Of a stretch of 64,000 nucleotides of DNA, positions 41,789 through 51,741 are shown piece after piece. Source of the stretch: Ignavibacteriota bacterium. Its GTDB lineage: Bacteria; Bacteroidota; Ignavibacteria; UBA10030. The stretch spans positions 3,360,001 to 3,424,000 of the forward strand of contig OY969585.1 of NCBI GenBank assembly GCA_963701295.1, given 5' to 3'. The stretch's first letter is position 1. Every line of letters starts with the position of its first letter. The notes under the pieces are model-generated. The model made no database searches, was not told the origin of the DNA, and saw only the letters and a program-made list of their open reading frames with translations. The position numbers were made by a program, and so were the translations under genes.

Positions 41789-43423
41789 TTATTCGTTTCC
41801 ATAGCCAATCTGGAATTCATACGACATCGGCTGATTCGTTCCAAAGCTTTCCGTACCGCTTCCTTTGACGAAACTTCCAACTTCCATCGTGATTGTCCCT
41901 TTTACATGCATAGCGATGAGCGATGAAACCAAATTTCCATAAATGGGAACATCTACGCTTGTTGGCGGGCCAGTTTGATATACACAGTACCACGTAAAAT
42001 CTATGGGTGCAAGTTGTGGGTTGAATTCGACATACAGCGATTTTCCGCTCTTTGTAACCGTTCCAGTCGGTGTGAAATCAGGCGCACTAAAACCGATGAC
42101 GGAACAATTATCCTCCTCTGAAGAACAGGAGGCGAAGTGGCTTCCCTCTCCGCTAGTGACAGTCACGTTTTCATCCTTGATTTTGATTTTCAGCGTCATT
42201 GTGACATCGTCATTGAATGTCCATATCTCTTTTACATCGGAGATTTTCACAGTCGCGTAGATATAGGGTATAACAGTATCGACCACGATAGTGGCAGTAG
42301 TGGAATTTTTTGTAGGTTTTAATTGACAGGTTTGCACTTCGGCCTGTATTGTCGATGTGCCTTTGGTGTCCACCGTGTACGTGCCCATTACTACTCCTGC
42401 GGCATCGGTCGGTGCTAAGGGAGGATCTACTTGACCCGGGCCGCTTGCCACGACGAGTTTAACCGATTGTCCGCTGAATGGTGTATTACCGCACGTCACT
42501 TTGACGTCCACACCTGCTGTTTTCCCCTGATCATCCGGAACAAAGAAATGACTCTGTGATACACTAAGGTTCAGATCCGGATCGCATACACTCCAGCATA
42601 CCTTAATTGCAATATATACATGATATCCATCATCAGGAGTTCCTTCGCTGTAATTCTGGTTTTCGGTCATATCACAACTTCCCTGATTTCCGATTCCCTC
42701 CGCATATACATCGTTGTATCCCGGGGAGGAATAAAAGAATTTGAATATGACATCTTGCAATGTAAAGCAGCAATCATTGACCTTTTTTTTCGTCCCGATA
42801 CCTCCAAGACTTTTCACGAAGCCGTACTCCCAATCATTTATTGCAGTTTGAAAACTGAGCCAATTATTGATACCACTGAAACTTTTTTCACCACCGTTGT
42901 ATCCTCCAGGTGTGCCGGATCCGAAGTTAGTGAAATGCGCTACTGAAGCCTGTAAGTGCAGACCGTCTGTAGTAACAATAGCGGGAGTCCTCATCATTTC
43001 CCAAGAGGAGCTGTCAGAATTATAAATATAGAGATTTGCCGTATCTCCAGCCCGGTAGGTAATACCCGACGTTACCGGAAGAACGATAGTGACGGGCTGT
43101 AGAAATGTGGCACCCTTCGGTAGACACTCGATGATATTTCCCACTACAGTGGATTGCAATTCTGAGGGGACCGAATCAGTGCGCAGGGTACGGACGCTGA
43201 TGGTGATACTTGATGAGAGAGCTCCAGCAGGGACATTGATAGAGGCGCCGTAGCTATCTTCCACTTTCCCACCGGATGAACCGATCGTCAGTTGAGAAGA
43301 AGAACCGGTCGGTTTAGTCTGGCTGGATTCGACAGGTCCAGGTTCTTTTTTGCATGTCACTACAAATAACATAACAGAAGAAAAAAGAAGTAAAAGAATT
43401 ATCGGATAATATCGAGTACGCAT
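41789..43423 (-). CDS. Cys-rich lipoprotein with ZU5-like and Ig-like (Big_1-like) domains
   Basis: Lipobox VVTC; IGSSGG, VPAGAL, PKGATFLQPV and HFT (ZU5-like); TDAAG (Ig-like). Confidence 0.7.
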   Translation of the reverse strand: MRTRYYPIILLLLFSSVMLFVVTCKKEPGPVESSQTKPTGSSSQLTIGSSGGKVEDSYGASINVPAGALSSSITISVRTLRTDSVPSELQSTVVGNIIECLPKGATFLQPVTIVLPVTSGITYRAGDTANLYIYNSDSSSWEMMRTPAIVTTDGLHLQASVAHFTNFGSGTPGGYNGGEKSFSGINNWLSFQTAINDWEYGFVKSLGGIGTKKKVNDCCFTLQDVIFKFFYSSPGYNDVYAEGIGNQGSCDMTENQNYSEGTPDDGYHVYIAIKVCWSVCDPDLNLSVSQSHFFVPDDQGKTAGVDVKVTCGNTPFSGQSVKLVVASGPGQVDPPLAPTDAAGVVMGTYTVDTKGTSTIQAEVQTCQLKPTKNSTTATIVVDTVIPYIYATVKISDVKEIWTFNDDVTMTLKIKIKDENVTVTSGEGSHFASCSSEEDNCSVIGFSAPDFTPTGTVTKSGKSLYVEFNPQLAPIDFTWYCVYQTGPPTSVDVPIYGNLVSSLIAMHVKGTITMEVGSFVKGSGTESFGTNQPMSYEFQIGYGNE

Positions 43424-43471
43424 ATGAATATTACCTCCTATCTATAGTATATAATTCTTCTAATGCTTTTC

Positions 43472-43765
43472 TTAATTTACTTTGTCATTCGACTCCATAT
43501 GATTGTGTTCTGCTTGTATCAGAAAATGCTGTTTTAAATTCTTGAGTGATTTCCATATTTTGTTCCATCGTGGTTTCATGAACAGGGAATCAAGCATAGA
43601 GCCAAAAAGAGGCACCAGCAAATCATATTCAAACGCATTGGTAAACTTCGAGCCGTCATCGAGTGGTTCAAAGATCCACTGCGTGCAATGCAGCATGCCT
43701 TTGGTTGCAACTCCCTTCCAACCGCGGTTCTGTGCAAGAACATGCGTCTCAACTAACGGACATTG
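43472..43765 (-). pseudogene. 5'-truncated SRPBCC-family gene remnant
   Basis: QWIFEP...EYDL...G...D...SLKNLK resembles an SRPBCC C-terminus; in-frame TGA upstream and no N-terminus. Confidence 0.5.
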
Positions 43766-44282
43766 TCAGAACACACTTTTTCTGCTGTACATCATCATTC
43801 AACAGATCATTGTGTGTTCTGAAAAGTTTTAACGGGAATTCGTCGGCGTCGGAGCTGTTTTCTGGATTGTCCATCCGCTCATCAAGAGATAAGCCTGTTA
43901 ATATGGCGGACAAGCCGGCGTTCGTACACAACTGGCGAAAAAGTAAATACTTTCAATTTCAAATGCAAGAGATATTTTTTTTGCAGGCAGAGACTGTGCA
44001 ATAGCCTTTAAATGGAACATTTTATGACCTTTTTCTAAATCCAAATAAAAATTTCAGAAATCGATCTGCCATAAGGGAATAAAAAAAATCCAGAAAAAAT
44101 AATAGCGAAACCACTTTGGCTTTCGGTTTAGATTGATTCCTCTCCTATATCGATGTAGAAGCAACTTGCTGGATCTTCTGTAACGCTTAAAAGCGGGTCC
44201 CAGCCGCCATCCGTTAGAACGTATGAATTATTTATTGCGTATTATACCAATTATATGCCATATGTGAACATGGAGGTTTTGT

Positions 44283-44837
44283 ATGAGATACCTTTCCATA
44301 ATGCAACTTTGTCTGACCATGATTGAATTTGGTTGCAAGGAATCGACAACGAGTCCATCACAAGCCGATGAAAACTTGTTGACCAATTCCACCTTCGAGT
44401 TAACCGGATCCCCATCATTGTACAGTTGGGTCGTCTCGGATTCGTCCAATGTCCGTTTCTCTACGGATACACCTTTTGATGGTTCGGGTCGTACGATTGC
44501 CCTTGACGCTCAGTGGTTTGCGCCGTGGCCCAACGGGTCGATTTATCAAATAGTGGTTCAACCTACAGGGACTCATCGTTATCGTCTTTCAATATTTGGC
44601 AAAAGTTCTGGTGTTGCAGGTTTTGTTGAGGTGAATCTTGCCCGTCCATCGAACAATGGTTCAATTCTCCGAATGTCACTCCAGATTTCCGACACTATTT
44701 GGACGTTCTACTCGCTCACCGATACCATTACTATGCATGTAAGTGACAGCCTCTTCATTACTATCAGCGGCGGTGGAACTGAGATTCTTCGGGGAACATC
44801 ATACTTCAACACATGCAAGTTTGAGAAGTTAGAATAG
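44283..44837 (+). CDS. Hypothetical lipoprotein, carbohydrate-binding-like beta sandwich
   Basis: GGAGG SD, FGC lipobox, NLLTNSTFE motif. Confidence 0.65.
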   Translation: MRYLSIMQLCLTMIEFGCKESTTSPSQADENLLTNSTFELTGSPSLYSWVVSDSSNVRFSTDTPFDGSGRTIALDAQWFAPWPNGSIYQIVVQPTGTHRYRLSIFGKSSGVAGFVEVNLARPSNNGSILRMSLQISDTIWTFYSLTDTITMHVSDSLFITISGGGTEILRGTSYFNTCKFEKLE

Positions 44838-45082
44838 TGCTCACATTAACACATAACACCGGAAAAGACGCCACTACCTCTGTGATCAAAGTTCATTGTG
44901 CTCGTTAATTAAATATTCTACCGCGTGTGTTCTCCCCCGCCCGTTCTTTTAGACTATAAATGTAATCAAGCTCAATGGGCACCGATGTCTATCAAGCTTA
45001 CATATCGGTTTTCCCGTTCCACAACGACGATGTAAGGGCAATTTGTTCGAGCTTGTCCATTGCTCGAACGAGATGAAGTCAG

Positions 45083-45110
45083 AGAAGCGGCGATGTAGGT
45101 TGCCGTTTTC
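45083..45110 (+). repeat. Dispersed hairpin repeat, copy 1 (partial)
   Basis: AGAAGCGGCGATG-TAGG-TTGCCGTTTT. Confidence 0.7.
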
Positions 45111-45279
45111 TTATAATTTGAAATTCAATGGATTTTCATATGAGATTTTACAGAAAATTATTTTCTTATGATGGGCTTGATTCCTGAATGCCAATACATT
45201 AAACTTTAGTACATTAAGTCAAGATTTCAAAAAGTTTTCCTGCATACAATTATAACTATCAACAAAGAGGAGTTATAAG

Positions 45280-48156
45280 ATGGATCAGAGAAATATATTT
45301 TGCCATGCCAAGAAACACCAGCTGCTGGTAATGATAGCAGCAGTCATTATATCCTTCCCTATATATAAAAGCAATGCCCAGTTTTATTTGGATACGACGG
45401 CAACCATTGAAGCAAGGGTAGATTCACTGCTCAGCATAATGACGCTCGATGAAAAAATCGGCCAGATGGTCCAACAGGAATTTATTGGACTGGGAAACCT
45501 ATCAGACATACAAACTTACTGCCTCGGATCTGTACTCGCAGGGGCCAATGACTCTACTACTGATCACAGTCCAGAAACGTGGGCGAATTACTGTGATTCA
45601 CTGCAATCGTTTGCCTTAAAAACTCGTCTTGGAATTCCTCTTCTGATTGGCTTGGATGCGATTCATGGAACAGGATCGGTGTACGGTGCGACACTGTTTC
45701 CTCACAATATCGGAATGGGATGTACACGCAATCCTGAACTTCTTACACAGGCGACACAAATCACGGCACAGGAAGTAGCGGCAACCGGATTCAACTGGAC
45801 CTTTAGCCCTATTGTAGCGGTTGCCAGAAATGAGAATTGGGGACGGACATACGAGTCGTATAGCGAAGATCCAAATTTGGTTAAGGAAATGTCAGGAGCA
45901 GCTGTACTTGGATATCAGGGTGATACCTCAGCAAAAAATATAACCATATTGGCATGTGCAAAACACTTCATCGGAGACGGAGGGACGACGGGTGGAATAG
46001 ACGGCGGGAACACTCAGGTTGATGAAGCGACGCTGAGAGCAATCCATTTACCCGGATATCTTGCCGCACTTCAGCAAAAGGTCGGTTCGATCATGGTCTC
46101 TTTTAGTTCCTGGAATAGTGTTCCTTGTGTTGGGGATAAATATTTATTAACAACTCTTCTCAAAGAAGAATTACAATATAAAGGCTTGCTCATCACCGAT
46201 ATGGAAGGCATATTAGGAGCTCCTGGACCAATATATGGTGGAGAACAATTTAGCAATGCAATCAATGCCGGGATCGACATGGCGATGTTGGGTACATATC
46301 CGCCGCAGTTTTATTCCAGGTTTATCGATTCACTCCGAGCGAGTGTTGGACAAGGGAATATATCGTTAGATCGAATCAACGATGCTGTCAGGAGAATTCT
46401 CACACAAAAATTCCGGTTAGGATTGTTCGAGCATCCGTTTGCAAAACGATCTCTCCTCAGCCAGGTTGGTTCGCCGGCACGCCGTCAAGTAGCAAGAACA
46501 TGTGTCCGGCAATCATTGGTTTTGTTGAAAAAGAAAGACGGCATTCTGCCAATTTCAAAAAATATCAAACATATTTACATAACCGGCCGACTTGCAGACA
46601 ATATGGGATATCAATGCGGCGGCTGGACAATCACCTGGCAAGGAGGAAGCGGCCCTACCACCATCGGCACAACAATCATGCAAGCTGTCCAACAAGCTGC
46701 TCCAAGTGCGAGTGTCACCTATTCAGCAGACGGGTCTGGAGCAGATAACGCCGATATCGGTATAGCTGTCATTGGAGACTATCCTTACGCGGAAGGTAAT
46801 GGAATGCTGCCCCTCAACACTTTGGACATTGAGGCTGTTCGAAAATTAAAAAGTTACAATATTCCAGTTATCGTCATCCTCATTTCCGGCCGCCCTCCCA
46901 TTCTCGATCCAATTTTATCGTACAGCGATGCAGTAATAGCGGCATGGTTACCCGGGCCTGAAGGTGAAGGAATTACCGATGTGCTCTTTGGCGATTATCA
47001 GCCGACAGGTATTCTTTCGCGAAGGTGGCCAAAAGATGCTTCGCAATATGTGATGGACGTTGGTGATACGAATTATCATCCTCTCTTCCCGTTTGGATAT
47101 GGTATTACTTCTTTGAATAATTCTCCGGCAGGCTCTCCTCCCGAAGTGTATTCAGCAAGTGTCAGTGCATCCTCAAATTATAAAATGGAGATTTCTTTCA
47201 ATAAGAAAATGGCCGCCCCTTCAATTGCGCCCGGAGGATTTTTGGTATTAGTGAATGGAACAACTCCTATGAATATCACTAACCTGAGCCTGAAGAATAA
47301 TGATTCAACTATAATTCTAGTAACAGTAGATAGCGGTCTTGTCAAAGGAAGTACGTACGCCATTTCTTACTCCCCTGGAAGTATCCATTCTTATGACGGT
47401 GGAACATTAGCTGCCTTTGAGAACGCACAGATATACAACATTTTAAATGAATATTCTTACGTTCATGCTATCCCAAAAAAAATCGAAGCAGAAGAATGTT
47501 TTGCCCATCAAGGTTTAAATATATCGGCGTGTTACGATAATGGGTCAGGGAAATGTCTTGCTAGTATCAATAATGGATCGTGGGCTGACTACTATGTTGA
47601 GGTCTCTCAATCAGGTAAATATATATTGAATTATCGTATATCAAGTCCCGCGGACACCGGACAAATTCAATTAATTACTAACGGTATTGTCATATCTACT
47701 TCTCATGTGCCAATGACCGGATCTTATTCTGTCTGGCAAACCGACTCAACCACGATCGAGCTTTCTGCAGGGTCTCAAATCATAAGAATGTATGCTTCTC
47801 ATGGAGGGTTCTATCTCAATTGGATACAATTCTCTTTGTCGACTACTGGCGTGAAAGAACAGGCTGCCGCTCCGCAAAGTTTTCAATTGTTCCAAAATTA
47901 TCCCAATCCGTTTAATCCCAGCACGACTATCCAATATGCTTTGCCGACTCGAAGCAAAGTAAGGCTTCGGATTTATAACGTACTAGGACAAGTTGTTACT
48001 GATCTCATCAACACAGAACAATCAGAAGGATGGAATCAAGCCGTGTGGAATGCAAATGTCTCTTCGGGATTATATTTCTATCGGATCGAAGCCACATCAC
48101 TGGACAATCCAAGCAAGCGGTTTATCGAAACGAAGAAAATGCTATTACTCAGATAG
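45280..48156 (+). CDS. GH3 beta-glucosidase with CBM6-like module and T9SS C-terminal sorting domain
   Basis: DAIHG, WGRTYE, AKHF, ITD nucleophile and AWLPG; KIEAE module; QNYPNPFNP...KKMLLLR. Confidence 0.92.
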   Translation: MDQRNIFCHAKKHQLLVMIAAVIISFPIYKSNAQFYLDTTATIEARVDSLLSIMTLDEKIGQMVQQEFIGLGNLSDIQTYCLGSVLAGANDSTTDHSPETWANYCDSLQSFALKTRLGIPLLIGLDAIHGTGSVYGATLFPHNIGMGCTRNPELLTQATQITAQEVAATGFNWTFSPIVAVARNENWGRTYESYSEDPNLVKEMSGAAVLGYQGDTSAKNITILACAKHFIGDGGTTGGIDGGNTQVDEATLRAIHLPGYLAALQQKVGSIMVSFSSWNSVPCVGDKYLLTTLLKEELQYKGLLITDMEGILGAPGPIYGGEQFSNAINAGIDMAMLGTYPPQFYSRFIDSLRASVGQGNISLDRINDAVRRILTQKFRLGLFEHPFAKRSLLSQVGSPARRQVARTCVRQSLVLLKKKDGILPISKNIKHIYITGRLADNMGYQCGGWTITWQGGSGPTTIGTTIMQAVQQAAPSASVTYSADGSGADNADIGIAVIGDYPYAEGNGMLPLNTLDIEAVRKLKSYNIPVIVILISGRPPILDPILSYSDAVIAAWLPGPEGEGITDVLFGDYQPTGILSRRWPKDASQYVMDVGDTNYHPLFPFGYGITSLNNSPAGSPPEVYSASVSASSNYKMEISFNKKMAAPSIAPGGFLVLVNGTTPMNITNLSLKNNDSTIILVTVDSGLVKGSTYAISYSPGSIHSYDGGTLAAFENAQIYNILNEYSYVHAIPKKIEAEECFAHQGLNISACYDNGSGKCLASINNGSWADYYVEVSQSGKYILNYRISSPADTGQIQLITNGIVISTSHVPMTGSYSVWQTDSTTIELSAGSQIIRMYASHGGFYLNWIQFSLSTTGVKEQAAAPQSFQLFQNYPNPFNPSTTIQYALPTRSKVRLRIYNVLGQVVTDLINTEQSEGWNQAVWNANVSSGLYFYRIEATSLDNPSKRFIETKKMLLLR

Positions 48157-48183
48157 TATCACATTAAATTATGTGTAGTTTAA

Positions 48184-48261
48184 CAAGCCCCATCATCATC
48201 GGTGGGGCTTTTGTTTCATAGTTCGAACCAGAAGCGGCGATGATTGCCGCTTTTATTTACT
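48184..48261 (+). repeat. Terminator plus hairpin composite repeat, copy 2
   Basis: CAAGCCCC..GGGGCTTTT followed by ACCAGAAGCGGCGATG-A-TTGCCGCTTTTATTTACT. Confidence 0.8.
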
Positions 48262-48340
48262 GGTTGAGAGGTAGAGTTCTTGTAGTCAGATCAATAAGTT
48301 ACTCACAATGCATCGGGATGAGTCTATAAACAATATAAAC

Positions 48341-48856
48341 TCACTTCATCAACACCAACTTCTTCAGAAGCGTCTTCTCATTATACTTCAGCCGGGAGAA
48401 GTACGCGCCGCTTGCTAACTGCGAAGCGTCAAATGTTGCCCTCTGGATGTAACCAGCTCTTGCCTCTCCATCAAACACTGTCGCCACCAATTGGCCTAGT
48501 GAGTTGTAGATCGTCAACGACACATGCCCATCTTTCGGCACAGTAAATTCAATCGTTGTCGTCGGATTAAATGGGTTGGGATAATTCTGCGCCAGTGACA
48601 ATACTCTGGGTGCGGTGAGCAAGGTCGTGGTCGTTTCCACGGAAAGCGGTGCTTGGCATTTTGTCCCACTGCCAGACCACGTGCCGTTGATGACTATATT
48701 ATCAGCACATATATCTGCTCCTGCCTGGACTGTTATATCAGTTCCGGCATCAAAAGTCATAGTGCTCTTGCTGATAGGCACTATCTGGCTGTAGACCAAT
48801 GAAGAAGCAAATACTATGGCTAAAGATATAATTGTTGTTTTCATTTTCGTACTCAT
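48341..48856 (-). CDS. Small T9SS type A sorting domain protein
   Basis: Signal peptide, ~50 aa domain with two Cys, then QNYPNPFNP...KKLVLMK. Confidence 0.88.
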   Translation of the reverse strand: MSTKMKTTIISLAIVFASSLVYSQIVPISKSTMTFDAGTDITVQAGADICADNIVINGTWSGSGTKCQAPLSVETTTTLLTAPRVLSLAQNYPNPFNPTTTIEFTVPKDGHVSLTIYNSLGQLVATVFDGEARAGYIQRATFDASQLASGAYFSRLKYNEKTLLKKLVLMK

Positions 48857-48910
48857 TATTTGTTATTAAAATATTTTTTTGCTGTCCGCTTAATGCGGGC
48901 ACGTGCATGT

Positions 48911-50245
48911 TCAATTGCCATTCCGAACCTGTTTGAATTCTGCGTCTTTCGATTTCAGTTGTTCAATCTCACTTACTAATACATTTTGCATCCGCTCAAA
49001 CTTATCGAGTTTATCTTTCAGTTCAATATTTTCCGCTTTAAGTTCTTGAATAGCTTTTACCATAACAGGCAGGAGATTGCCCGGTGTTGCTTCAAGTTTC
49101 TCGGGATTATTTTTAAGAACAAGATCAAGCCAGTCGGCATTCTCTTTGGTCTGGACTTCATCAAGCTCTTGTGCAATGAATCCCGCACTCGGCATTTTCT
49201 GCATCTTACTTCCATCTGATTTATTGTCTTTATACCACTCTCTTTTATCCCAGTTAAACAGTCGAGGTCTCAATTTCATTAAGAAATCAATTCCTAAGCT
49301 GAGATCGTGAATATTTTTCTTATCCCGCGCATCCGATAAGGTAGTAATTGTTGTAACTGCACATCGAAGAGAAGTAATATTGCCAGCGCCAAGCGTGATC
49401 TCATTAGATATGGTTGCCACGGACGGTTGAGCTTCGAAACCAATGAAAGTATTATTTGTGCCTGTGGTTATGGTTGCACCTGCATCTTTCCCAACTGCTG
49501 TGTTATAATCGCCAGTAGTGTTGTTTTGTAAAGATTGGAACCCCAGTGCTGTGTTACAATTGCCGATCGTGTTCTTATATAAAGAAGCAATTCCCTCTGC
49601 TGTGTTTTGAATTCCGGTCGTATTGGCATTTAAGGATGCATATCCCACTGCTGTGTTTTCACTGCCGGTCGTGTTGTCATATAAAGAAGAGAACCCTTCA
49701 GCTGTGTTCCAACCGCCGGTCGTGTTGGAACCTAAAGAAAACGTTCCTACTGCTGTGTTATGATAACCGGTCGTGTTGAAACCTAAAGATGACAACCCCA
49801 CTGCTGTGTTATAATAACCGGTCGTGTTGGAATATAAAGAAGACACTCCCACTGCTGTGTTATAATAGCCGGTCGTCAGGCTTTGAAGCGAGCTAAAGCC
49901 AATTCCGGTATTATCGCTTGACTGGCTACCGGTACCTGACATTGTGAAATTTCCTGAATTAATGCCAACAAATGTATTATAACCACTGGTTCCGGAAGGC
50001 GCAAAATCGTGTATGAATCTGTTTCCACCTTTCATAATAACCCCGAGTGATGAGCTGGTTGTATTCAGCAGGGATAGGTTCTTGTTCAAAGATAAAAGCC
50101 CGTTTGTCTGGCTTAATGTCAAGTAACTATTTGATGCATCCTTGATTATAAATATTCCGCCCGTACCAAGTGTATTGGTTATGTTTTGAGAATACGCCGA
50201 CAGGGCGCATACTGTCAAAACCAGGATGAATGTAATTGTTTTCAA
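48911..50245 (-). CDS. Secreted fibre-like repeat protein with C-terminal peptidase S74 chaperone domain
   Basis: Signal peptide, 17-aa NTAVG..SL..NTTG repeats, SDARDKKNI, GFIAQE and coiled-coil end. Confidence 0.85.
   Translation of the reverse strand: MKTITFILVLTVCALSAYSQNITNTLGTGGIFIIKDASNSYLTLSQTNGLLSLNKNLSLLNTTSSSLGVIMKGGNRFIHDFAPSGTSGYNTFVGINSGNFTMSGTGSQSSDNTGIGFSSLQSLTTGYYNTAVGVSSLYSNTTGYYNTAVGLSSLGFNTTGYHNTAVGTFSLGSNTTGGWNTAEGFSSLYDNTTGSENTAVGYASLNANTTGIQNTAEGIASLYKNTIGNCNTALGFQSLQNNTTGDYNTAVGKDAGATITTGTNNTFIGFEAQPSVATISNEITLGAGNITSLRCAVTTITTLSDARDKKNIHDLSLGIDFLMKLRPRLFNWDKREWYKDNKSDGSKMQKMPSAGFIAQELDEVQTKENADWLDLVLKNNPEKLEATPGNLLPVMVKAIQELKAENIELKDKLDKFERMQNVLVSEIEQLKSKDAEFKQVRNGN
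49495..49910. repeat. Intragenic 51-bp tandem repeat, about 8 units
   Basis: CTGCTGTG recurs every 51 bp (e.g. 49750, 49801, 49852). Confidence 0.85.
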
Positions 50246-50633
50246 TTTTAATTCTCCTTCTGATTAATATGATTTATGTTTTTGTGATATTGCAACGATT
50301 TGATTGAGCGTTTTTATCTTGAACTATGAATATTCTCTCTCTTGTATAACGCTCTTCAGCGATTGGAGACATTTATGCCTGTTTACCTTGTAGTAGAAAT
50401 TATGCGATAAGAAATAATGAGGAGTGAATGAGTAGGTTTACAGATCGGATAGTAGCACCTTAGCAACACACCGACTCATTACTGCCCCATTGAACCTGAA
50501 TGATCGCTGCTTTAATGGAATTCCGTATATAACATACAACACTTCTTATGATGTGTCAATAAAAATATTCCAAAATTCTCGCCCAAATATTCTTACGCAG
50601 TATTAAAAGATTTCTCCATGTTGAAATAGCTAT

Positions 50634-50709
50634 CAAGCCCCGTCATCGATGGGGCTTTTTATTGCTCAAACCAGAAGCGGCGATGAGAGTGTTGCCGCTT
50701 TTATTTACT
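50634..50709 (+). repeat. Terminator plus hairpin composite repeat, copy 3
   Basis: CAAGCCCC..GGGGCTTTT followed by ACCAGAAGCGGCGATG-AGAGTG-TTGCCGCTTTTATTTACT. Confidence 0.8.
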
Positions 50710-50821
50710 TGAGATTCAAAGAAATAAAATGTAAAGTTCTGCAGGTGCTCTGCCGATACGTCGTTCTACTGATATCCCACTATACGGCAGTAGAATTAAT
50801 AGTTAGGGTGCATATTCAAGA

Positions 50822-51337
50822 ATGAGAAGGTTACTCATGATATTGAAACGATTTAAAAATAAATGTTTCTATCCAGTCGCTATTGATCGACAACAATTAT
50901 TAAAAGGCTTCCTATTAGCATCGTTTGGAAGAAGAGCCGCTGCTTTTGCAATCGATATGGGTATTGTTATCTTGTTTCTCGGTTTATTGTCTATACCTGA
51001 GGCTTTGCGATCCATAGCTGCAACGGGAAATTCTCATATAGAAATTAATCCTTATCACGGCTGGCAGCTCTTGAGTCTTCCGCTTTACTTTGGTTTGTGG
51101 ACATACTTTGGTCATGGCCAAACTCTGGGTAAGAAGTTGCTAAAGATACGTGTCGTTTCCGTTACACATGAACATTTGAGTCTTTGGCATTCTATAGAAC
51201 GTTCTTTGGGTTATGGTGCTTCAATTTTAGAGGGAGGTTTCGGTTTCCTGCAATACTTTATTCATCCGAATAGACAAACTGTTCATGATAGGATTGCTGA
51301 AACCATCGTTATCAAAGTCGAGAGACCCGCTGCCTAA
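50822..51337 (+). CDS. RDD family membrane protein
   Basis: RRAAAFAID, GQTLGK and QTVHDRIAET. Confidence 0.92.
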   Translation: MRRLLMILKRFKNKCFYPVAIDRQQLLKGFLLASFGRRAAAFAIDMGIVILFLGLLSIPEALRSIAATGNSHIEINPYHGWQLLSLPLYFGLWTYFGHGQTLGKKLLKIRVVSVTHEHLSLWHSIERSLGYGASILEGGFGFLQYFIHPNRQTVHDRIAETIVIKVERPAA

Positions 51338-51350
51338 CCAGGCTCAAGCT
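51332..51350 (+). repeat. attC-like left half-site
   Basis: Stop codon inside GCCTAAC, followed by CTCAAGCT. Confidence 0.55.
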
Positions 51351-51385
51351 TTGCTGTATCTTTAAATTATTCTTTGGAGACTATA

Positions 51386-51577
51386 ATGAGTGATGAATCA
51401 CAACAATCTAAAAACAAAAAGCCATTAGCGAGGGGAATTGCGCTTGGCATTGCACTTGGCGCAGGAATTGGTGTTGCTATGCACGACGTTGCACTCGGAG
51501 TGGGTGTTGGGCTTGCACTCGGAGCTGCGATTGGTGTTCTGATTAGCCGGAAGCAAAAAAATAAGAACGCCGCCTAA
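51386..51577 (+). CDS. Small glycine-zipper-like membrane protein
   Basis: GGAG SD; GxxxG repeats in two TM helices. Confidence 0.75.
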   Translation: MSDESQQSKNKKPLARGIALGIALGAGIGVAMHDVALGVGVGLALGAAIGVLISRKQKNKNAA

Positions 51578-51627
51578 CCGGCAACTCAAACTGACCAAAG
51601 GAAGCGTGTGCAATTTAAAGGTTAGCA
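51572..51627 (+). repeat. attC-like site
   Basis: Stop codon inside GCCTAAC, then CTCAAACTGAC; GTTAGCA at 51621. Confidence 0.6.
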
Positions 51628-51741
51628 CCATTAGCCAGCCAAACAAAGTTGAGACAGCTTATAAATATTATATTTGTTCTGATATGTAATTCAGTTGCGA
51701 GAACTTGTTATAGCATACAAACGATAAGAAAGTCAAACAAT

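Noticed and set aside
49495-49910. 51-bp repeats as a possible CRISPR array
   Set aside because: In-frame coding repeats with no unique spacers and no cas genes
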